A stretch of 64,000 nt of DNA, from contig JAJYXB010000017.1 of NCBI GenBank assembly GCA_021791195.1, positions 13,422-77,421 of the forward strand, written 5' to 3'. Below are positions 57,021-64,000 of this stretch, in pieces. This DNA comes from Actinomycetes bacterium. GTDB taxonomy: Bacteria; Actinomycetota; Thermoleophilia; BMS3ABIN01. Under the pieces are notes generated by a model that saw nothing but the letters and a program-made list of their open reading frames with translations, was not told where the DNA came from and made no database searches. The position numbers and the translations under genes were made by a program. Position 1 is the stretch's first letter, and every line of letters begins with the position of its first letter.

Positions 57021-57136
57021 GTGACTGGAGATGAGTAGGGTATTATCTGGGCAGAGAGGCCTTTTACCGCTTCGTTTAGTCCGGGGCTTCTCCCCGGACC
57101 GTCCCGGAGTAAGTGCAAAAGCTGGAAAGGATATAA

Positions 57137-57952
57137 ATGATGGAAATCGAAGCAAGTGCGATTGAGTTACTCGCCAGAGTCAGGCAAAAAGCCCCGCTGA
57201 TTCATAACATCACTAATTTTGTTGTCATGAACAGTTCTGCCAATATCCTGCTGGCGATCGGCGCTTCACCTGTCATGGCCCACTGTCAGGCGGAAGTTGA
57301 AGAGATGACCTCCATGTCCAGTGCCCTGGTGCTCAACATCGGCACCATCCAGGAAGATTGGCTCGACTCCATGATCTGTGCCGCCAAAACCGCAAATTCC
57401 GTTGGCATACCGGTAATTCTTGATCCTGTTGGTGCGGGGGCTACCAGACTCCGCACCGACGCCATCAACGAAATAATGGGGAAAGCCTCTATCTCTGTCC
57501 TGCGAGGAAACTGTTCAGAAGTGCTTTCTCTTGGATCTTCCGGTATCAAAACCAAAGGAGTTGATACTTCCCTTTCATTATCCGACCAGACTGTTGAGGC
57601 CGCCAGGCAAATGGCAGTTGACAAGAAGTGTGTCATCGCGATTTCGGGAGAAGAAGATTGCATCACTGATGGCCACCAGGTTTTCCGCGTGCGAAATGGC
57701 CAGCCGCTGATGACCAGGGTAACAGGGTCCGGCTGTGGACTTACGGCAGTGACCGCCGCTTTTTGTGCAGTCGCGGAAAACAGCCTTGCCCTGGCAACGG
57801 CGGCCGCTTTTGGTTATTACGGACTTTGCGGTGATTTAGCGGTAAAAACAAGTGACAAACCGGGCAGCTTTCATGTCGCTTTCATCGATCAGCTATATTC
57901 AACGGGGGACGAAGAGATCAGGGAGCATCTGAAGATAAAAGAAGTTTGCTGA
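57137..57952 (+). CDS. thiM: hydroxyethylthiazole kinase
   Basis: ...PLIHNITNFVVMNSSANILLAIGASPVMAH...VLRGNCSE...GSGCGLTAV... ThiM signature. 271 aa. Confidence 0.85.
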   Translation: MMEIEASAIELLARVRQKAPLIHNITNFVVMNSSANILLAIGASPVMAHCQAEVEEMTSMSSALVLNIGTIQEDWLDSMICAAKTANSVGIPVILDPVGAGATRLRTDAINEIMGKASISVLRGNCSEVLSLGSSGIKTKGVDTSLSLSDQTVEAARQMAVDKKCVIAISGEEDCITDGHQVFRVRNGQPLMTRVTGSGCGLTAVTAAFCAVAENSLALATAAAFGYYGLCGDLAVKTSDKPGSFHVAFIDQLYSTGDEEIREHLKIKEVC

Positions 57953-58094
57953 CGTCAATGCAGAAATGTTAGCCATCGCTCGCAATGGAGGCACCGTCGG
58001 CTCAGTTCCGTGAGCCTCCGGCGGAAACGCTTCCCTTTCTATAATCACCAGCGCCGCCGTCACCGCGCTCGCCGTAGCCCGCGGCCCCAGCCCG

Positions 58095-58277
58095 CTAGTC
58101 AAGGTAGATTTTATGCTCGAGCAGTTTCAGCTCCCTGATCCTGGCCTTCAGTGTCTTTTGCTGGCCAAGGATATCGGTCAGGGTGATGTTTCCGCCCTCA
58201 ACGCTGATGACGGCGACGTCCTGCATCACCTCTTTCTCATGGCCATCAGTGACAAGGTAAGCGTTCATTTCACACAT
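58095..58277 (-). CDS. cooT: CooT-family nickel-binding protein-like
   Basis: ~60 aa starting MCEMNAYLVTDGHEKEVMQDVAVISVEGGNITLTDIL. Matches the CooT pattern MC(x)...L...G...E(I/V)..DV...EGG.(I/V).(L/V)T.(L/I)(F/L) with Cys2. Confidence 0.6.
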   Translation of the reverse strand: MCEMNAYLVTDGHEKEVMQDVAVISVEGGNITLTDILGQQKTLKARIRELKLLEHKIYLD

Positions 58278-58387
58278 AAGTAACTCCTGTCCCGCAGTTT
58301 TCGAGTCCTGCCCCAAGTCTAATTACCGCGACGCGGAAAAACCAATCCTGCGCATTTCCCGGACGGCCAAGACACCAGGCCAAGCCG

Positions 58388-60691
58388 CTAATGGGGGAGA
58401 TGGAAGGGAACGGTGGTGACTACGACCTTGGGCAGTGGCTGCAGCGCTCGCTTCAGCCGCGGCGCGTTCTGATTGTGCAGGATCCGGTGCCACCAGTGAC
58501 GGACGATAATCTCCGGGACTATCACGGTCAGCGTCAGATCCGGGCGCTGGTGGTGCAGTGACCAGATGTAGTGGACCATCGGCGCTATAATCGCGCGGTG
58601 CGGGGAAACGATGACGTGGAGCGGCAGGTGATTGCCCCAGGTGCGCCAGTAGTCGCGGAAGCGTTCGGCTTCGCTCCCTGTAGGACTGATATGCAGCGCC
58701 AGCACAGGTTGCTGAAATGATGCCGCGTAAGCCAGTGCACGCAGGCCGGCGAGGTCCAGCGTGGCCATCGGCACAATCGCCAGATGATGGATCTCCCCGG
58801 GGGTTTCCTCTACCTCGGCTTCGGCCTCATGATTCGTTCTGGCCGCATTTTGCCGCCTGGCAGGCGACGTCAGCCGTCCGGCGCCGCCAGGCCGGAGGGC
58901 GGGCTCGTACCGGGGAACTTCCCCGGTGGTATGGGGATGCAGGGCGAGTGCTTGGTCAACCATGTCATAGTAGCGGCGGATGCGAAGCGCCGCGAGTATG
59001 AACAGCACGATCACGAGTATGGCGGCCCAGGCGCCTGCGGTAAACTTGGTGATCCCGGCGGTGATGAAAACAATCGCCGAGAGTGATGCTCCGGTGGCAT
59101 TGAACGCCATGCTTTTCCGCCAATGAGCTTCATTGCGATGGCGCCACCAGTGGACTACCATCCCGGTTTGTGACATTGTGAATGCCAGGAACACGCCGAC
59201 GGCAAACAGCGGGATAAGGGCCTCTGTCTGGCCGCCGAACACGACGTAGATCACAGCAGAAGCCACCGAGAGCGCAATGATACCGTTGCTGAACCCCAGC
59301 CGGTCCCCGATCGCGAGGAAAAGCCGCGGCGCCTGCCGGTCCCTGGCCATCAGGAACAGTAGCCGCGGCAAGTCATTATAAGCGGTGTTTGCCGCCAGAA
59401 GCAGGATCGCGGCTGTTGACGCCTGGGTGAACATGTACATTAAACCAGGGCCGAAGTTGCTGTGAGCAAGTTGGGACAGGACGGTCTCGCTCTGATTGGG
59501 CACCACCCCGTCGAGCATCACCAGGGCGATTGTGCCGGCGAATAGTGCGATCAGAAGGCTGATCATCCATGTCAGGGTCGTGCGGGCATTGCGCCACTCG
59601 ACCGGCTGGAAAGCCGGCACCGCGTTGGAGATGGCTTCAATGCCGGTCATGGCCGTGGATCCGGAGGCGAACGCGCGCAGCACCAGCAGCACGCCGACCC
59701 CTTCGGCTGCGGTCAGCCGGGGCCTGGGGAGAGGTTGCCAGCCCCGGCCGGCGGCATGAACGGCACCAACGGCCACCAGGGCTCCGATCGCGGCGATAAA
59801 CGCGTAGGTCGGCAGGGAAAACATTGTTCCCGCCTGGCGTACGCCACGCAGGTTGCCGGCCAGCAGCAGTGCGATAACGCCGACTCCTATCACTACTGTG
59901 TCAGGTGTCAGTGAAGGAATTGCCGAGGTAATCGCAGCAACGCCGGAGGATACTGACACGGCGACCGTCAGGATGTAGTCGGTCGCCAGTCCGGCTGCGG
60001 CGACAAGGCCCGCCACCCGGCCGAGATTGTCCCCGGCCACCAGGTAGGACCCGCCGCCGAACGGGTAGGCGCGGATGGTCTGACGGTACGAAACACCGAC
60101 GGCCAGCATCAGGAAGGCGATCACGGCAGAAATCGGCAGCGTGTAACTCAATCCGGCGGTTCCAGCTAGAACGAGAATTGCCAGCATCGCCTGGGGTCCG
60201 TATGCGATCGACGAGATTGCATCGGCTGAGAGCACCGGCAAGGCCACCAGCTTGCGCATGCGCTCAAGAGCGATCGCAGTCACGGCAAGAGGGGGGCCCA
60301 GCAATATTCGGCGGACAGTGCCTGCTGCCCGGCCTTTCCAAGATGACGGTGCTTCCGTCTCGCTGGTTGTCCTGATCGCCGGCAGCTGCCCGTTACGCCC
60401 GGCAAGCCGCACAAAGCGTCCGAATCGGGTGGGCCGAATCGCCCTGGGGGCGGGATACCTGCCAAGATCGGGGTCCACCGGCAGCGCACTCCGCCACTCC
60501 TCGGGATTGCCGGCCGCTCCCCCCCAATCGCGCCCGACAACACTTAACGCCTGCAGCTGTTTATCATCCAGTTCCGGCAGCAACACGTCAGGGTTCGGCG
60601 CACCCGCATACTCGCCCTCTTGATTGCCGGGCTCGTTGCCGTCCTTCGATCCGGCCGAACCAGACCACGGCTCTTGGCGCGCTTTCCCCAT
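58388..60691 (-). CDS. APC-superfamily amino acid/polyamine permease with ~250-aa C-terminal cytoplasmic domain
   Basis: ...RRILLGPPL...LERMRKLVALPVLSADAISSIAYGPQAM... N-terminal signature and 12 TM helices. True start may be an internal GTG near 60316 (low-complexity N-terminus). Confidence 0.7.
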   Translation of the reverse strand: MGKARQEPWSGSAGSKDGNEPGNQEGEYAGAPNPDVLLPELDDKQLQALSVVGRDWGGAAGNPEEWRSALPVDPDLGRYPAPRAIRPTRFGRFVRLAGRNGQLPAIRTTSETEAPSSWKGRAAGTVRRILLGPPLAVTAIALERMRKLVALPVLSADAISSIAYGPQAMLAILVLAGTAGLSYTLPISAVIAFLMLAVGVSYRQTIRAYPFGGGSYLVAGDNLGRVAGLVAAAGLATDYILTVAVSVSSGVAAITSAIPSLTPDTVVIGVGVIALLLAGNLRGVRQAGTMFSLPTYAFIAAIGALVAVGAVHAAGRGWQPLPRPRLTAAEGVGVLLVLRAFASGSTAMTGIEAISNAVPAFQPVEWRNARTTLTWMISLLIALFAGTIALVMLDGVVPNQSETVLSQLAHSNFGPGLMYMFTQASTAAILLLAANTAYNDLPRLLFLMARDRQAPRLFLAIGDRLGFSNGIIALSVASAVIYVVFGGQTEALIPLFAVGVFLAFTMSQTGMVVHWWRHRNEAHWRKSMAFNATGASLSAIVFITAGITKFTAGAWAAILVIVLFILAALRIRRYYDMVDQALALHPHTTGEVPRYEPALRPGGAGRLTSPARRQNAARTNHEAEAEVEETPGEIHHLAIVPMATLDLAGLRALAYAASFQQPVLALHISPTGSEAERFRDYWRTWGNHLPLHVIVSPHRAIIAPMVHYIWSLHHQRPDLTLTVIVPEIIVRHWWHRILHNQNAPRLKRALQPLPKVVVTTVPFHLPH

Positions 60692-60986
60692 AAGCTGCTC
60701 CTGCGGATTGGAGCCACAACCGGGGCTGCGACAGCCGCCGGCTGCTTTACGTAATGCAGCTAGGTTCCCCGCCTGATTCTCTACATAAACAACTTCTTTC
60801 CTGATGTTTTAATTATGAAGCAGACCTTTGTCAAAATACCGTTTACCTGATTCAGGATACAAAAGGTATTCGGTTCCTGCCGCTCAGCTTAAGTTTTTGC
60901 CGGCATTTCCGACTAAACGTAGGCGCGTCACGGGCAGTTTTTCCGGCAGCGGCGCGTCGGGCGGGCAACGGCTTGCGGGAGGGCGC

Positions 60987-63299
60987 ATGCAACAGGACGA
61001 ATTGAAACCGGTTCCAGACAGCGAATTTTTCGCGGGGCGCAAGCGCGCGCCCTGGCTCGTGTACACGATCGCATCGCTGGGCCTGGTGATCAATATCGTC
61101 TACTTTGGTTCGGAGGCGGTTTCGAAAGGCGAGAGCGGCTTCGAGGCGCACCTGACCGGCAGCCTCCTCGAACATGTGGTCATTCTGTCACAGGTCTTCA
61201 TCTTTCCTGTGATCGCCTATCTGGCGCACCGGATCATCGTCGGCCGCCAGCTGGACGAATACTCGCGGCGCCTGGAGCTCGAAGTGGCGGCGCGCACCAG
61301 GGAGCTGGAAGACCTGAAGTCCTTCAGTGAAAACATCATGGCCAGCGTCAACGATCTCATCTTCGTCATCGGCTCTGACGGCCGGTTTCAGTTTGTCAGC
61401 GGCAACTGCGAGAAGGTCCTCGGCTACGCGCCGGAGCAGCTCATCGGCAGCCAGTACATCGATCTGGCGGCGCCGGGAGCGGTGGCCATGGCGCTGGGTA
61501 ACTTCGAGCGCATCATGCGCGGCGAGGAGGTTCCTGCTTACGAGATCGAGATGGTCGACGTCGCGGGAGAACGCAAGTTTGTCGAGGTTGTGAGCACTCC
61601 CTACTGGGAATGCGGGCGGGTACTAGCCCAGGTCGGAGTCGCGCGCGACGTCAGCGAGCGCAAACGTCTGGAGCAGCAGGTGTTCGATCGCAACCGCGAA
61701 TTTGCCGCGCTGAACGCTGTCTCCAGCGCAGTGGGCCAGTGGCTGGACCTCGACCAGGTGCTGCGGGCGGCCCTGGAGCAGGTCGCGACGCTGTTCACCG
61801 CCCACCGCGCCTGGATGCATGTCGTCGATCCGGACACCGGCGAGCTGTGCCTGCGGGTCTGGAAGGGCGGCAGCGATGAGTTCATCCGGGGAATCAACCG
61901 GATAAAACCGGGCGAGGGTCTGGTGGGAATGGCGGCCGAACGCGGCGAGGCCATCGCCCGGAACCTGGACCAGGATTATCCTGCCGATACCGTTGAGCTG
62001 GTTGCCGGCGAGGGACTGAAGTCGATCGCCGCGATCCCGATGAAGTCAAAAGGCGGACTGATCGGCGTCATGGGTCTGGGCAGCGAGCGCCCCGACCGTT
62101 TTTCCCGCACCGATCTGGACCTGCTGGGATCGGTGGCCAGCCAGGTGGCCATGGCCGTGGAAAACGCGCTCCTGTTTGAAGACCTCAAGGGGAAGACGCA
62201 GCAGCTGACCTCCCAGAACGAAGAGCTGGCTTGGACAACCAACCAGATCAGCAAGCTCATCAAGGTGGCCGAGCGCGAGAAGAGTTTTGCGGTCAGGTAC
62301 GAGAATCCACATCTGGCGGCATGCTGGGAGGTGAAACAGTGCTCGCAGTCCGACTGTCCTTCGTACAAGTCGAGCAATCTGCGCTGCTGGCAGGTTGCCG
62401 GCACACACTGTGGCGGCGAGGCGCAGGGAGTCTTCGCCCAGAAGCTGGGGAATTGCGAGCGCTGCGAGGTCTACCGGCTGGCGCGGGCCGACAGGCTTAA
62501 TTCCATCGGTGAGGACTTCAATAACATGATGGCGATGCTGGAGCAAAAGGTTGAGGAACAGCATCAGTTGCAGGAACAGCTGGTACACTCGACCAAGCTG
62601 GCCGCCATCGGCGAGCTGGCGGCCAATATTGCCCACGAGATCAACAATCCGCTCACCGGCGTGCTTGGCTATGCGGCGCTACTGAAACAGGCAGCCCCGG
62701 CGGATGACCCGAATACAAAGAACCTGATGGTGATTGAGAATGAGACCTTGCGCGCCCGTGACATCGTCCGCAATCTGCTTGATTTCGCGCGTCAGGACAG
62801 TCTCAAGAGAAGGAAGATGTCAATCAATGACGTAGTCGGCGATACGCTCAGCCTGCTGCGCAAGCAGGCCGAGCTGTCAAACGTAGCCGTCAGCGTCGAA
62901 GTCGATGAAGCACTGCCTCATGTCCGTGTCGATGCAAACCAGATAAAGCAGGTGTTTATCAACATCATCAATAACGCGCTTCATGCAATGCCCGGGGGCG
63001 GGCGCCTGGACATCGCCGTCAGGGCGGCCAAGCCCGACGGCCGCCGGCCGTGGGTGGAGGTTGTCTTCGCCGACACCGGAGACGGCATTGCGCCAGAGAA
63101 GCTCGGCCGCGTCTTCGATCCTTTCTTCACCACGAAAGACGCCGGCAAGGGCACGGGTCTGGGGTTGTCGGTATCGCAGCGGATCATCGAGGAGCACGGG
63201 GGAGTTATCGAGGTTGCCAGCCTGCCCGGAAGCGGTTCAACCTTCACGGTCAAGCTACCGACGGCAAATGTATCCACAGGCTTCAAAAGCGTGGCATAA
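60987..63299 (+). CDS. sensor histidine kinase with 2 TM, PAS, GAF, a 7-Cys insert, HisKA and HATPase_c
   Basis: GGGAGGG RBS before ATG at 60987. H-box ANIAHEINNPL. G-boxes DTGDGI / GTGLGLSV. Cys-rich segment CWEVKQCSQSDCPSY...C...THC...C..C between GAF and HisKA. Confidence 0.8.
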   Translation: MQQDELKPVPDSEFFAGRKRAPWLVYTIASLGLVINIVYFGSEAVSKGESGFEAHLTGSLLEHVVILSQVFIFPVIAYLAHRIIVGRQLDEYSRRLELEVAARTRELEDLKSFSENIMASVNDLIFVIGSDGRFQFVSGNCEKVLGYAPEQLIGSQYIDLAAPGAVAMALGNFERIMRGEEVPAYEIEMVDVAGERKFVEVVSTPYWECGRVLAQVGVARDVSERKRLEQQVFDRNREFAALNAVSSAVGQWLDLDQVLRAALEQVATLFTAHRAWMHVVDPDTGELCLRVWKGGSDEFIRGINRIKPGEGLVGMAAERGEAIARNLDQDYPADTVELVAGEGLKSIAAIPMKSKGGLIGVMGLGSERPDRFSRTDLDLLGSVASQVAMAVENALLFEDLKGKTQQLTSQNEELAWTTNQISKLIKVAEREKSFAVRYENPHLAACWEVKQCSQSDCPSYKSSNLRCWQVAGTHCGGEAQGVFAQKLGNCERCEVYRLARADRLNSIGEDFNNMMAMLEQKVEEQHQLQEQLVHSTKLAAIGELAANIAHEINNPLTGVLGYAALLKQAAPADDPNTKNLMVIENETLRARDIVRNLLDFARQDSLKRRKMSINDVVGDTLSLLRKQAELSNVAVSVEVDEALPHVRVDANQIKQVFINIINNALHAMPGGGRLDIAVRAAKPDGRRPWVEVVFADTGDGIAPEKLGRVFDPFFTTKDAGKGTGLGLSVSQRIIEEHGGVIEVASLPGSGSTFTVKLPTANVSTGFKSVA

Positions 63300-63305
63300 C
63301 CGACT

Positions 63306-63701
63306 TTGGGGGGAAAAGTGATCGACGAAAATGTGCTGGTTGTGGACGACGAGGAAGTCATCCGGGATGTCTGCGCGAAGATACTCGAGTCGAAAGGGTA
63401 CCGTGTGACTACGGCTGCCAGCGGCAGGGAGGCGCTGCGCCTTGTCAGCGAGACAGATTTTGATGTGGTTGTCACCGACATCATGATGCCCGACATGACC
63501 GGCCTGGAGCTGCTGGAAGTGATCAAGAGCACAAACCTGGATGTGAGCACCGTGGTCATTACCGGCCTGGGCACCTTTGACATGGCGACACAGTCAGACA
63601 GGTTGGGAGCGCGTGAATTCGTGGTAAAACCATTCACTCCCGACGAACTCAGCCGCGCGGTGCACAAGGCGCTGGCCAAGCGTGAGCTGAAGACCGGCTA
63701 G
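63306..63701 (+). CDS. stand-alone CheY-like response regulator receiver
   Basis: LVVDDEEVIRDV...DVVVTDIMMPDMTG...KPF receiver motifs. No output domain. Confidence 0.8.
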   Translation: MGGKVIDENVLVVDDEEVIRDVCAKILESKGYRVTTAASGREALRLVSETDFDVVVTDIMMPDMTGLELLEVIKSTNLDVSTVVITGLGTFDMATQSDRLGAREFVVKPFTPDELSRAVHKALAKRELKTG

Positions 63702-64000
63702 TCGCTCGGGCGGAAGCGCAGCTTCCACACCATCAGCATCGCCTCCAGCACGATTCGCCGCGACATCTTTGATTGCCCCAGTTCCCGGTCGGCGAATGTG
63801 ATCGGAATCTCCCTGACGCGGAATCCCCGCCTGAGCGCCTTGTAAGTAAGCTCGATCTGAAACCCGTAGCCCTGCGACGACACCCGGTCCAGGTCCAGCG
63901 CTTCCAGCACCTCGCGGCGGAAACATTTCAGCCCGCCTGTGAGATCGTTTACCTTGACGCCCAGCACCCATTTGGCATAAAGGCCGCCGCCGCGGCTGAT
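63698..64000 (-). CDS. GT2 polyprenol-phosphate mannosyltransferase-like (Ppm1/DPM1 family), 3' part; gene runs off window end
   Basis: C-terminal ...GYGFQIEL...RGFRVREIPITFADRELGQSKMS typical of dolichol/polyprenol-phosphate mannose synthases. Confidence 0.7.
   Translation of the reverse strand: MSRGGGLYAKWVLGVKVNDLTGGLKCFRREVLEALDLDRVSSQGYGFQIELTYKALRRGFRVREIPITFADRELGQSKMSRRIVLEAMLMVWKLRFRPSD

Overview
This 64-kb window is high-GC (roughly 63-65% by eye) chromosomal DNA from a Gram-positive-type (Terrabacteria-like) bacterium. Two hallmark housekeeping blocks are present: ssb(3' end)-rpsR-DUF2232(yybS-like)-rplI-dnaB at 1-3467, and rpmH-rnpA-yidD-yidC(short)-jag at 30418-32628, the latter preceded by DnaA boxes and an AT-rich stretch. 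The rest is mostly cell-envelope and stress/osmolyte metabolism. It includes a PabB/PabC pair, GDP-mannose 4,6-dehydratase with an adjacent reductase, an NDP-sugar pyrophosphorylase, UDP-glucose dehydrogenase, an LCP protein, GT4 and GT-C glycosyltransferases, two Ddl paralogs, an OmpR/HK two-component pair upstream of htrA, TreT plus an OtsA-like GT20 pair, LemA-HtpX, RarA, an HNH endonuclease, a CbiM(N)QO-type ECF Ni/Co importer, thiM, a CooT-like nickel-binding protein, an APC permease, a GAF/PAS histidine kinase with a cysteine-rich insert, and one tRNA-Arg(CCT). Three radical SAM enzymes are present (a ~208-aa minimal one, an AmmeMemoRadiSam-type, and a B12-binding one). No CRISPR array, rRNA, transposase, integrase or phage genes were seen. 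The ORF track contains several long ORFs antisense to real genes; these are treated as GC-driven artefacts. All functional calls are by-eye motif and family recognition without database searches. Coordinates of manually located non-CDS elements may be off by a few nucleotides.
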